Source: Podarcis muralis
Taxonomy: Eukaryota
Length of the DNA: 64,000 nt
Assembly: GCF_964188315.1 (NCBI RefSeq)
Contig: NC_135655.1
Span: forward strand, 82,274,001-82,338,000
Direction: 5' to 3'
The notes under the pieces are model-generated. The model had not been told where the DNA came from, searched no databases, and saw nothing but the letters and a program-made list of their open reading frames with translations. Shown in pieces: positions 1 through 11,757 of this stretch (within the stretch, counting starts at the first letter, position 1; each line of letters starts with the position of its first letter). A program made the translations under genes and the position numbers.

Positions 1-1398
1 CCCCTTGCCTCACTCCTTTCCCAGGGAAAACCTGCTCTTTAGCTCTAAATCAGAACAAACAGTAATCAGCAGAAAACCTGATTGCCGTTTGCTCCAGCTG
101 AGCACTAAAGTGGTTTCCCCCAGGGGAAATGCAGTGGGAGAAGAGGAAGTGTATATGGATAAACTCCAAGAGGCGAACCAGGGGACAAATTCCTGTCTTG
201 CTGTCAGACAGCACCTGTTTAAATGGCCAAAAGCCCATTGAAGAAAACTTACTGCCGTTCCAATGCAACAACCCCAAGGTTTGTAGAAATACAAATAAAT
301 TTAAAAATCTAGGTGACTTGGGGAAAACCCAGAAACAGCTCACTGAAGCATGTGGTCCATGGCCAGAGAACATTGTGTGCTCGGAGTGGAGCAGGGAAGA
401 GAGATCCTGGGAATGGAATGTACTATCTTCTACAAACCCCCTACAGCATTGCACTGCTCTCAGAGGTGCAAAGGAGAGTGACAGGCCCTCCAATGTCCTT
501 ATTTTCCAAATACGTCCTGGATTAGAGAAGTCATCCCAGTTTCTGATTTGATCCTGCAGTGTCCCAATTTCCTTAGGATGTCCCTATTTTCATTGTAGAA
601 ATGTTGGATGGTATGGAGTTATCCGACCCCTGAGCTGTCTGAAGGCAATACTGTATAGGGAAGGGGTTGTTTTTTAAAAAAATGTTTAATGTTTTATTAT
701 GTTTTTATATATGTTGGAAGAAGCCCAGAGAGACTAGAGCAACCCAGTAAGATGTGTGGGATATAAATAGTAAAATTATCATTATGGAATGGGACATCCC
801 TGTTTTCATTGGACAAATGTTGAAGCGTGGGGAGGAGTCTCTTCTCTCCTTTGCACCTTTGATGTCAGAACTGCAAAGAAGAAGAGGAGGATTACAACAT
901 GCTGTGTTATTTGGATCTTGCTATCTGAACCTACTGCAGTAAAAGGAGAGAGCTAATTATACAGTGATAGTACACACAGGCATTTTCCATGGGAGAGGCA
1001 GAGAATTTGCTTTTCTTCCCTAGCCCATGTGCATGTGACTTCCTGATACATATCATATTGCAGCCAGCAAAAAAACCTTGAGGAAGGAACCTGATCTACC
1101 GAAAGACCTAGCAGAGGAACAAAGCACACAGGATCATGCACTGGGCTCAGGCTAGCAGATGCACTGCATTCTGATTGCTGTTAACAAGATTGAATGTGGG
1201 AGGGGAATCTCACTGAAGGAGGACAGGGAGAGAACAAAGTAGCAAGCCACCTTTGGCTAAACAAATGGCAGGAAGGGATGGAGAGGGAATTCAATGTCTC
1301 ACAAGCAAGGCTGACAATGCCCATCCATGACTCACCTTCTGTTGCTCACACATGCAGCTCAGCTAGATTGGTAAAGAAAAAGTGTTTTATATGCGTTG

Positions 1399-1401
<3 letters not shown>

Positions 1402-1449
<48 letters not shown>

Positions 1450-1515
1450 TATTATTTGTACCCCGCCCATCTGGCTGGGTTTCCCCAGCCACTCTGGGCG
1501 GCTTCCAACAAAGAT
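1402..1515 (-). mobile_element. L2-type LINE 3' end with (AAT)n tail
   Basis: ccccgcccatctggctgggtttccccagccactctgggcggc matches the tails at 59064-59130 and 700-780. Confidence 0.8.
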
Positions 1516-1541
1516 GAAAGATACACTATATGTGATATGCA

Positions 1542-1892
1542 GGGACACGGGTGGCGCTGTGGGTAAAACCTCAGTGCCTAGGACTTGCCGATTGTATGGT
1601 CGGCGGTTCGAATCCCCGTGGCGGGGTGCGCTCCCGTTGCTCGGTCCCAGCACCTGCCAACCTAGCAGTTCGAAAGCACCCCCGGGTGCAAGTAGATAAA
1701 TAGGGACCACTTACCAGCGGGAAGGTAAACAGCGTTCCGTGTGCTGCACTGGCTTGCCAGATGCAGCTTGTCACACTGGCCTTGTGACCCGGAAGTGTCC
1801 TCAGACAGCGCTGGCTCCCGGCCTCTTAAGTGAGATGAGCGCACAACCCTAGAGTCGTACACGACTGGCCCATACGGGCAGGGGTACCTTTT
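1542..1892 (+). mobile_element. Sauria SINE (Squam1), full length
   Basis: tRNA-like A/B boxes and ggggtaccttt tail; TSD tatatgtgatat at 1527-1538 and 1893-1904. Confidence 0.92.
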
Positions 1893-2799
1893 TATATGTG
1901 ATATAGCACTGTGACTCCCAATGGCGCTGTGGAGTCCCGTCTTTCCCTACCAGATTTCCCTGTATGAGTTTACAACGTGTTTAACTGAATTGCTTCTTCG
2001 ATGTGTCTAGATCCAGCCATGCAATCACCATGTACATACAGACACACATGCCTATGCATACCTCCTTCCCTCTCTCAGTTGGCCCAATGGTATTTCTCTG
2101 TCTCTCATAGAACTGAACACACCTCTCTCCCCCTTACAAAAGCCTTCCCAGGGTAGCAGACAGGCAGAGAAGCAATCAGGGAAACCATCACAATTGCTTC
2201 TCTTAAACTAGAAGAAGAAACTCTTTAGGGCATTGCAAGCCCACCACCGTCTTCAACAGTACACAGCAGGGCAGCAAAGTGATCCTTGTTTCTCCACTGG
2301 AAATTAGACTTCTCCTTGTTTCCTTTTAATTTTTAGTCCCAACCACCTAAAACTGAAAGATTAAGAAGGATCATATCAGAAGAGAATCACTGCAGGATCT
2401 GTGGCAGTTTTTTACATCATGGACATACTGTACCTAAAAAAGCCAGAAGCCTTTTGGGCTGCTTTGCATGATTAATCCCTTGGTTTGGCAAGTAACAAAA
2501 GGTAAGGTGCTGATCATAGACCTTTGTTGAGCTCTGTTGGTTTTCAGATAGTTTTTCAAGAGCAGCAGGCACTGTTTACATTGGTAGAAACCTATTGGGA
2601 AGTAGCCAGAGAGTCCCAAGAACACTAGAGGATCACGTGTTCCTCAGGCCTGTTCTATAGACTTGATATCATGACTGGAAAGGAAAGAAAGGGAGGAATT
2701 GAACAACTGTTTGGTATTCACTTTTATAAACAAGTTCAGGTCCACATTTCCCCCCAATATTCTAGGATGAGAAAAATTACACATGGGGAGGAAATGGTC

Positions 2800-3729
2800 A
2801 TGGAGAATTACACCACAACGACTGAGTTCATCCTTCGTGGACTGACAGATCAGCCAGAACTGAAGATTCCCCTCTTTGTGATCTTTCTGGGGATCTATGC
2901 TGTCAGCATCGTGGGTAATCTAGGAATGATTGTTTTAATAGGAATTGACTCTCGGCTTCACACACCCATGTATTTTTTCCTTTGCTACCTGTCCTTTGTT
3001 GACTTCTGTTACTCCACCGTCATCACTCCCAAGATGCTGGTGAACTTTGTAGCTGATGCTAACATCATTTCATTCCATGGATGTGCAGCGCAGTTCTACT
3101 TCTTTGGCTCATTTGCGGGCATCGAAGGTTTCCTTTTGGCAGTAATGGCATATGACAGGTACAATGCCATTTGCAACCCACTCCTCTACAAGGTGATTAT
3201 GTCATGGAAAGTCTGCAGCTACTTAGTAATTGCCTCGTTTCTAGCTGGATTTATAAATGCAGCAATTCACACTTATTTCACGTTCCACCTGCACTTCTGT
3301 GATTCTAACATCATCAACCACTTCTTCTGTGACACGCCCCCTCTCCTCGCACTCTCTTGCACTGACATACACATCAACCTGATCATCATCTTTGTCTTTG
3401 CCAGTTTTAATGAATTAAGCTGCCTCATCACAATTCTTATTTCCTACATCTATATCCTCTCTGCCATCTTACGGATCAGCTCCTCAGATGGGAGGCGCAG
3501 AGCTTTTTCTACATGTGCTTCCCACTTACTGGCAGTCACCATATTCTTTGGAACGATCCTGTTCATGTATTTGAGACCCAGCTCCAGCCACTCTATGGAC
3601 CAGGACAAAATAGTCTCTGTCTTCTACACTGTGGTGATTCCCATGCTGAATCCACTGATCTACAGCCTGAGGAACAGGGAGGTAAAAGATGCTCTGAGAA
3701 AAGCTGTGCGTAGGAAAGCCGTGTTTTAA
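2800..3729 (+). CDS. OR5AP2-like: Olfactory receptor, class II family 5, OR5AP2-like (309 aa from MENYTT; alternative ATG at 2794)
   Basis: Intact ORF with [22 protein letters not shown] and [34 protein letters not shown] and CDTPPLL match recalled OR5AP2. The upstream ATG at 2671 lies before a likely acceptor (AG 2764-2765). Confidence 0.95.
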   Translation: MENYTTTTEFILRGLTDQPELKIPLFVIFLGIYAVSIVGNLGMIVLIGIDSRLHTPMYFFLCYLSFVDFCYSTVITPKMLVNFVADANIISFHGCAAQFYFFGSFAGIEGFLLAVMAYDRYNAICNPLLYKVIMSWKVCSYLVIASFLAGFINAAIHTYFTFHLHFCDSNIINHFFCDTPPLLALSCTDIHINLIIIFVFASFNELSCLITILISYIYILSAILRISSSDGRRRAFSTCASHLLAVTIFFGTILFMYLRPSSSHSMDQDKIVSVFYTVVIPMLNPLIYSLRNREVKDALRKAVRRKAVF

Positions 3730-3894
3730 CATGTTGGCTACTGGAAGACTATCAATGTGTGCTTTGGGCATGTTGGTAGTCGACTGGCTTTAGCACAATT
3801 TTATAAATGTATTGTTAAATGTAAATGTTATCAGTTGATTTTTACCCAGTACTTTTTAGCTCATATTTTCATTATGTTGGGAAGAACAGACTGT

Positions 3895-4087
3895 TTGGGG
3901 TAGAGCTGCAGCTCAGTGGAAGCTGCATTGCCTGCAGAAAGGTCCTCTGGTTCAATCACGAGCATCTCTAGGCTGGGAGAGACCCCAGTCTGAAACCCAG
4001 GAGAGTCCCTGCCAGTCAATGTAAACAATATTGATCTAGATTGATCAATGATCTGATTCAGTATAAGGCAGCTCCTTATATCCCTAA
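3895..4087 (+). mobile_element. tRNA-headed SINE with CR1-like 3' tail
   Basis: gctcagtgg/ggttcaatc boxes followed by ctgaaaccc..gagag..gccagtca; related degenerate copy at about 46700-46885. Confidence 0.7.
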
Positions 4088-4587
4088 CTTCATTATAATG
4101 GAACCTAATGACTTGTAATTCAGCCAGGTATCCAGATTGCGCAGAAATAACTTATGGAGACCTAGAGTCAACTAAGTTCTACTCAGTGAGTGTAGACTCA
4201 TTGAAATTTATGAACCTAAGTTAGTAATGTGTCAGGACTACTCTGAGTAGGACTAGCATTGAATGCCATCCATAGGCTTGGATCCTAATTTCCTTTCTTT
4301 CAACAGGAGCTTTCTCTGAGTGAAGTTCCATCAGCAGCAACAGAGAAGGTGATTTTCCCCCATGCAGTCACTTCCACCCCTGGAAACCTGCTCAGGAGGG
4401 TTCTGGATCCTTCCAGAACAGTGTGAGAGGCTTCAATGGGAGGGGGTAATTGGCCAAAAAAAACCCCCAACCCTGCACCTCTTTCTTTTGATCCTTCAGC
4501 CAGTCAAAAGCCCTACATGAATGAAAGGAGCCCTTCTGTCTGAATTTAAATCATTTGCTGAATTAAAATATGCTGTATAATTTAGTA

Positions 4588-4725
4588 CAGGAGTAGCCAA
4601 TGTAGTATCCTCTGGGTGTTGTTGAACAATATTTTCAATTTGCCACAGCCAGCATGATCAATAATCAGGAATAATAGGAGCTGCAGTCCAACAACATTTG
4701 GAGGGCACCACGTTGATTAGCCCTG
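4588..4725. mobile_element. hAT-type MITE, degenerate
   Basis: caggagtagccaa...gattagccctg ends with a hairpin interior. Confidence 0.6.
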
Positions 4726-5175
4726 AAGTATATTGGCAAAAGTCTTGTCATCCCCAAAGAAATATCAAATTAAGATACAAACTATTTAAAGGTTTCATAA
4801 ATATGATCTATTTTCTCAATTCTAGAAATATAATTAAAATATTTTTGGATAAAGCACCATTGTATTAATTTTTTCCCCACATTATCGATTTCCAGATCTA
4901 ACATGACCTTCAGTGGAAACTAAATAGTAGCAGAATTCATTTTATAATTATAATTATTTCATAAAATTTATATGCTGCTTGATTGTAGAAAAAGCCTCAA
5001 AGTGGTTTACAAAAAGATAAATTTAGCAGAGCAAGATGAATTAAAGATGCAACACAGACTGTATTCACATGTGATGCCACGTTAGGGATGCTCACTGGAA
5101 GTTTTCTGGTGTAAAATGGTATTCCACACTGTAGGGCCTTGTGAGGTTTTGGTGAGTTAGTCTTGAGAATGTGGG

Positions 5176-5860
5176 AAATGTAATGAGACTGAAGGTACCT
5201 TTTATCACCTCTGGTGGACCTGCCCGAAGATTAAAGCCTTTTGGGAAATGATCTATAATGAAATTAAGAAAGTCCTTAAATGGACCTTTTCTAAGAAACC
5301 TGAGGCTTTTCTCCTGGGCATGGTCGGCCAATTGGTGTCAAGGAAGGATAGGACGTTTTTTATGTATGCTACCACAGCAGCAAGAATTCTTCTGGCAAAG
5401 TACTGGAAGACACAAGAACTACCCACTCTGGAAGAATGGCAAGCGAAGGTGATCGACTATATGGGACTGGCAGAGATGACCGGCAGAATCCGTGACCAGG
5501 GGAGAGAGACAGTGGAAGAAGACTGGAAGAAATTTAAAATTTATCTTTAAAATTGTTGTAAAATTGAGGAGCACTGAGATGTCAAGGTGTTAAGAGATAG
5601 AGAATTGTAACTGTAAACAATAAGTTAAGGAAATAAGAATGTAAGGAAAGTGAACTAATTAATTAGTTGGAGGGTTGCTGAAGAAAGGTAAAAACAAGGA
5701 TGCAGAAAAGGGGAGGTATGGGGAAGTCCACGAAGCAAGGTGTATGAAAATAAGATTATGAAATTATACATGTTTATATGTTTGTATGTTTTGTTTTGTT
5801 TATTGTTTGCTTTTATTATGTGTTTGGAAAACCAATTAAAATTTATTTTAAAAAAAAAAA
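5176..5860 (+). mobile_element. 5'-truncated L1-clade LINE (ORF2 C-terminus, 3' UTR, polyA)
   Basis: C..C..FYHLWWTC zinc knuckle and TAARILLAKYWK; polyA at about 5850-5860; TSD gagaatgtggg at 5165-5175 and 5861-5871. Confidence 0.9.
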
Positions 5861-6607
5861 GAGAATGTGGGGACAAGAGGGGAAAATGTAATTCATTTGC
5901 ATAAAATACCAGGTTTATTCAATAAAATACCTTACACTGAATGTATGACAAATATACATACTGCACAGAAAAAAGTATCATTTTGTACAATGCTACACCA
6001 TTTTATCATTCTGCTGGTAGGCCTGGAATACATAATGTATTATGAAAACACACAGGGGATCCTTCCCATTTAGGTTGCTGTTGCAGACATCAGACGGAAG
6101 ATGGAGCTCTGAGAAAAGGAAGGAAAAGAAGATGTTGTTTTCCATTGTGAATGTAAGCCTGTTCAGGGTGATTCAGAGCTCCTTCTGAGCAATAAATGTC
6201 CTTTAAGAAAACCATGATGCTCAACAGTTGAATACTTGGCAACTCAAATCCAATTCAGAAATATCACTCATGTGAGGAGTGGGGCCATGCTGACTAGCCC
6301 ACCTGGAGATTGCATGAACCAACTACCTCCTCCCCAACTGAGCATTTGCAGGAGAAAGCAGTCACACATACCACTGTATGGAATCATACATATATAAAGG
6401 TTCTCCCCTTGCAGACGTTTGCACTGCACAGGCCAATGTTAGAGTGTAGGCACATGGCAGGTGCAAGGCCTGTCAAAGCAGGCCCACTCTCTTCTTATGC
6501 ACTGGCCCAATGTGTGAGGGATACTTTTGAACAGAACTTCAGTATGGAGAAAACTGAGCTAACAGGATCTTCTTCCCCTCTTTAAGATATAGACTTACAA
6601 AGCCACT

Positions 6608-6950
6608 GGGGCGTGGGTGATGCTGTGGTCTAAACCACCAAGCCTCTTGGACTTGCCGATCGGAAGGTCGGTGGTTCGAATCCCCGCGACAGGGTGAGCT
6701 CCCATTGTTCAGTCCCAGCTCCTGCCAACCTAGTAGTTTGAAAGCTCGCCAATGCAAGTAGATAAATAGGTACCACTGCAGTGGAAAGGTAAACGGCTTC
6801 CTAGCAGTGGTTTAATCATGCTGGCCACATGACCCGGAAAGCTGTCTGTGGACAAACACCAGCTCCCTCGGTCTGAAAGCAAGATGAGCACCGCAACCCC
6901 ATAGTCACCTTTGACTGGACTTAACCGTCCAGGGGTCCTTTACCTTTACT
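6608..6950 (+). mobile_element. Sauria SINE, full length
   Basis: Same family as 1542; TSD ttacaaagccact on both sides. Confidence 0.92.
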
Positions 6951-7075
6951 TTACAAAGCCACTCTAACATATGTAATAAAAGGTGAACAAACGGTGAATC
7001 ACTGTAGGATTAAAAACTTTACTGGACAGTATCAATGTCATTCTTGGGTATTGGCTCAGTTCTATTTCTACTGTA

Positions 7076-7335
7076 CAGTGGTACCTTGGGATGCAAACAG
7101 GATCTGTTCTGGAGCCCCGTTCGCATCCTGAACAGAATGTAAGATGCAACGGCACGTCTGTGCATGCGTGGGTCATGTTTTGCCACTTCTGCGCATGCGT
7201 GTGACGTCATTTTGAGCGTCTGCACATGTGTGAGCGGCAAAACCCAGAAGTAACACACTCCGTTACTTCTGGGTTGCCACGGAGCGCAACCTGAAAACGC
7301 TCAACCTGAAGCACATTCAACCTGAGGTATGACTG
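7076..7335. mobile_element. Tigger/pogo-like Tc1-mariner MITE
   Basis: TA|cagtggtacc...ggtatgactg|TA. Confidence 0.8.
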
Positions 7336-7429
7336 TAATCACTTTTAGTTTAACAACCAATCAATTGCTATTGTGAAACTCCTGCACATATTCTAGTAAA
7401 TTAAGACAGATATTGGGGTCTTAGGGGGG

Positions 7430-8130
7430 GAGTAGTACCTCTGGTGGGGGACACATCATGCTCCTTCTGAGGTAGTTTATCCACCTTTGTCCCCACCCTG
7501 CACTCGGCTCTCACCTGTAGCTTCCAGAAGCTGTCAGCATGCAACAGCATGCAACACACCCTGGGAACTAGCTTCAATTGGCTGGCTAAACCAGGTGAGG
7601 GTAGCCAATGGGTCTTAAACCCTCAGTATGTTAGGGACTAGTCTGTCTCCTGTAGGTGAAGAGTGAAGCCCTGTAGGCTCCAGTGGATTGAGTGGACGAG
7701 ACCAATAGTGGGTCCAACAGTCAAGAAGGTGGTTTCTGCACATGGTATAGAAGCATATGGGGCTCATCAACCTGGGAAGGTTGCCCATCTAGGGGAAGGA
7801 AAACTCTGATCCTAAACCTCTGCTGCCTTGTGGAATATTTTCCGGCTAAAGTAAACCCTACATAAATCTGGAGTGGAGTTCCTAAGGTGGTTGGAAAGTG
7901 CCTTGTATGCCTCCTTTCAGCAATTTCTGAAGCAAAGCTGGTGCCAAAAGTATTGCTGTGCCTTCCTTTGGAGCACATCAATGAGGCCAAGTGCTGCTGC
8001 TGGTGGTGGGGTCTTCTCCCTGCTTGGGAATGGCTTACAAAGGTGCATCGACCTGCCTTGCCAAACGCCCTGCCCCTTGACAGCCCAGGTCACTCTGCAT
8101 AGTCCAAGGCAAACTGGGGTGATCCAGGAC
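7430..8130 (+). mobile_element. RTE-clade LINE 5'-region fragment
   Basis: ggaaggaaaactctgatcctaaacctctgctgccttg and aagctggtgccaaa.gtattgct resemble recalled RTE 5' UTRs. Confidence 0.5.
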
Positions 8131-9233
8131 TGTCTAACTCTCACCCCAACTTTGTTGAAGCCAATTTCCCCCCTATCGTCCCATTTTGCCCTGGGAGTTG
8201 GCTGAATTCAGTGCACAGCCCTTGTGCCCAAGCTTTGCTGTTCTAAGATAAAAATAATCAGGCCTAACACTGCACAAATACAGCTGTGTGGGGTGAAACC
8301 AACAGGTTTCTCTGGGTCTATTATAAAGGCAATGTTTTACTTCTTTATCTTTGGAAGACTTACAAGTTTCAGCCCCAAATTAGTGACTTATCTAAGGAAA
8401 TTGAGGTTTCACTAATCTCTGTTTTCTCCCTTGTCAGCCTCCCCAGTGTTTCTTAGGGTTAGAAACAACCACTAACAATGTGGTAGCTGCTTTAAAGCCT
8501 TACTGCATCACCACTCTTAACAGAGGCAATTGTGTTTATTTTTTGGTTTGATGAAAGCTCTGAGAGCCACTCAGAAATTGATGAAAGTGAGGGGGAGTGG
8601 AAGAAATGGCAATGCTGGGCCTACCATGTTATTAGAGTTTGCTATGGTCTCAAACCTACATAGATGTGTGAAAAGTCTATGAGCAGTGAAGGCTCTGGAT
8701 GGCACCATCCTTTGCCCATGGCTTCCCATCCCCAAGTCTGCCAGACATGCATACATTGGATGTCATGTTTGAATAGCTACACACAGCTCCAAAATCATAA
8801 TGACCAGTCTATACAACACATGTCCTTAAAATCAGAGATAATAATGGGATGGGCAGCTCTAATTTGAACAACAGTGCACTAGGCTGCAGCCCCTTTTCAT
8901 TTGCAATGTCCACTTCTGTCTTTAGACTATATAAATGTACAATGTAAGAGCAAGCCAGCTTCCCATTTCAGAAGTATCAGCAAGTGCAGGTGCCGTAAAC
9001 TGCAATATTAATTTAATCTGAAACTAGTTCTGATCAAAAATGATCAAGAGCTAAACCCATTCTGCTGCAGTAGTTGACCAACATGGTTACTTGTTGCCTG
9101 ATGCTTTTGGCATTATAAGCAGAACAGAAACACACAACACTCACAACAGTTCTTTATATAAGCACAGACTTCACACTATTTATGGAAATAAATAATAGTG
9201 GATATTAAGCTTTAAATAAGGAATTAATGGACA

Positions 9234-10184
9234 TTATCGTTTACGGTGTATATTAGTAAAATACTTCCCTACCAGTCTCTTCATGGCACCCTTGACCTCC
9301 TTGTTCCTTAGGCTATAGATCAGTGGATTCAGCATGGGAATCACCACTGCATAAAACAAAGATACTATTTTGCCCCGTTCTGGGGACAGGCTAGAAGGAC
9401 GCCTGATATACATGACGAAAACTGTCCCATAAAAGAGGGTGACCGCCATCAGGTGGAAGCCACATGTGGAGAAAGCTTTGTACCTACCCTCAACAGAGGG
9501 TATCCTCAGGATCGTAGAGAGAATGAAAATGTAGGAGATTAGAATAACAACGAGGGAGCTGATGAGGTTGAAACTGGCAGATAGTAACATTAGGGTCTGT
9601 TTGACGTGGGTGTCAGAGCAGGACAGTTTCATGAGAGGTGGGTCAGCACAGTAAAAGTGGTTGATGACATGGGAGCCACAGAAGGTCAGGCGGAAGGTGA
9701 ATATGGTCTGTATCATGGCATCTAGGAAAGCATATGCAGAGGGAACAGCCACCAGCCACATGCAAACCTTTGGTGTCATCTTTGTGGTATATGTCAGTGG
9801 ATTGCAGATAGCTGCATACCGATCATATGCCATGACGGCCAGGATGAAGCATTCTGTGAGACCCAGAGCAATGAAGAGATAACACTGTATCAAGCATCCA
9901 GTAAAAGAAATGTATTTGTGGCCTGTAACTAAATTTGCCAACATCCGAGGTGTGACATTGGAGGAATAGCAAAAGTCTATAAAGGACAAGCTGCTGAGGA
10001 AGAAGTACATGGGAGTGTGGAGTTGGGAATCCATCTTGATTACTGTGATTGTCCCCAGATTTCCCACAACAGTAATAATATAGACCAGCAGGAACAAAAC
10101 AGAGAGCAGGAGCTGCAGTTCAGGATACTCTGCAAATCCCAATAGAATAAATTCAGATCCTGATGTATTATTTCCTTTCACCAT
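9234..10184 (-). CDS. OR5M-like: Olfactory receptor, OR5M-like (start MVKGNNTS)
   Basis: Intact ORF with all OR motifs. [18 protein letters not shown] and HFYCADPPL are OR5M signatures. N-glycosylation sequon NNT follows the ATG at 10184. Confidence 0.95.
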   Translation of the reverse strand: MVKGNNTSGSEFILLGFAEYPELQLLLSVLFLLVYIITVVGNLGTITVIKMDSQLHTPMYFFLSSLSFIDFCYSSNVTPRMLANLVTGHKYISFTGCLIQCYLFIALGLTECFILAVMAYDRYAAICNPLTYTTKMTPKVCMWLVAVPSAYAFLDAMIQTIFTFRLTFCGSHVINHFYCADPPLMKLSCSDTHVKQTLMLLSASFNLISSLVVILISYIFILSTILRIPSVEGRYKAFSTCGFHLMAVTLFYGTVFVMYIRRPSSLSPERGKIVSLFYAVVIPMLNPLIYSLRNKEVKGAMKRLVGKYFTNIHRKR

Positions 10185-11180
10185 TCTGCTATGCATTTTG
10201 CCTTTTGAGATACAAGAATTGAAATGCACGCAGTCTAAGTGCTTTTCCTGAAAGACAAAACAACCCAGTTTATGTTTCTTCCTTCCTTCGGGCAGACGCT
10301 GGCACAATATACTTCCCTTGCAGGAGATAAGAACATCATCATCATCAATATGTTTATTGTTCTAGCTGAAGGCCATGACAATTGAGTAGAATATCTATGG
10401 AAGAATAAACATGAAAACATGCTGCTGAAGGCTGTCCTAGAATATACTGTGCAATTGGATTCTGCAGGAAAGATCCCAAGCAGGATCTTTCCCAGTCTTT
10501 TCCCAGTCTACCCTTCAAGCCCATCTAGGCACAAACAAGCAACCGATAATTCCCATTGAAAGAACAGAGGAAAGTAGGAATTCTGCGTGTAAGTTTATGC
10601 CATAATCACTGGGTCAGGTGCCATGTGCCTGACTTTTCACAGGATGGTTCACTCTTTGAAGTGCTGCCAGATGACAGTCCTCAATCTGAAGACATCTTCT
10701 GTTTGAAGGGCTGTCTGGTCCAAGTCCAGTTTTAAGATAAAGAGCCATAAGAAGAGATAGCAGAAGCCTTGAACTTGCTCATCAGCATTTAGCCCCTGGA
10801 CTGTAGAATGAGCATAAACAAAGGTCATCCAGTCACATACTTCCTCATTAGGGTGAGATATATTGCATTTCTCCTTAAATTATCATACGGTAATTCTTTC
10901 AACATTTGCACCTATACATATAAATTAGGATGTGCTAATTACATGCCAACCCATGTCCTCTTTCTTGATGACAAATGAGTAGCTACCCTAATAACAGGAT
11001 TATTTTGCCAGCACGGTCTTGCCATTCTGTAGATTGGAACAACCCCACCCCCATAGGTACAGTGCTGTATAGAATTACAAATATTCACTGTTTCTGGGAC
11101 AAATAATGAATACTTTTTACAGCTATGCTCAGCCTACCAGTTCAGGAAATGTTGGAGACATTTCCACCCAGAGTCCAGAG

Positions 11181-11336
11181 CAGGGGCAGATTTTGGTAAT
11201 CTTTGGTAGTATGGCACCCTGAGTGAAGCCAGAATTTGGGGCCCCCAAATGAATCTTCTCAATGATGGATCTTCTCAATTTTGTGCCCCCCTGGGCTCAG
11301 CACCCTGTGCAAGGAAACTGTCCTAAATCTGGTGCT
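11181..11336. mobile_element. hAT MITE
   Basis: caggggcagattt...aaatctggtgct ends; 8-bp TSD gtccagag. Confidence 0.65.
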
Positions 11337-11664
11337 GTCCAGAGCACTGACACTGGAGCTAGGCAGAAGAATAGTTTTATACTGTCGTCCTTAGCTCTAC
11401 AACATGTGACCACTAACATTTTCCTGAACTTCCCGACTAGCATGGACCCCCAAAGATATGACACAATCATTATTTTAGCACAGCCTTGGAAGTCAATTAA
11501 GGATACTCTGAGAATTTCTTTCCCCCAGAGTTGCTGAGAACAGAAAAGCATATTTATGTTTGTGATTCCCGTGGGGTTTTGAGCGAGTGAAATCCATACT
11601 CTTTCTACAACTGTCATAGCCTAGTTGAAAAGAGGCATTTAATTATTTGTTTTCTTTATTTATT

Positions 11665-11757
11665 TAGGGTCTCTTTGTTGAACGCTTTCAATCCCGGGGG
11701 GGGGGAGATCTATAGGGTCTCTTTGTTGAACGCTTTCAATCCCGGGGGGGGGGGGGG
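11665..11757 (+). repeat. Tandem duplication of about 48 bp ending in G-runs
   Basis: tagggtctctttgttgaacgctttcaatccc(G)n occurs twice. Confidence 0.9.

Noticed and set aside
1542-1640. tRNA-like A/B boxes (several sites)
   Set aside because: They are SINE heads with SINE bodies and TSDs, not tRNA genes.
1194-1710. Poly-N, poly-Y, poly-L and poly-FC ORFs (also 21732-22005, 58873-59211)
   Set aside because: Translations of microsatellite tails.
2671-2799. Long N-terminal ORF extensions of ORs (also 10185-10307, 39944-39982, 43787-43831)
   Set aside because: They cross putative splice acceptors; the downstream ATG next to the N-glycosylation sequon is the conventional start.
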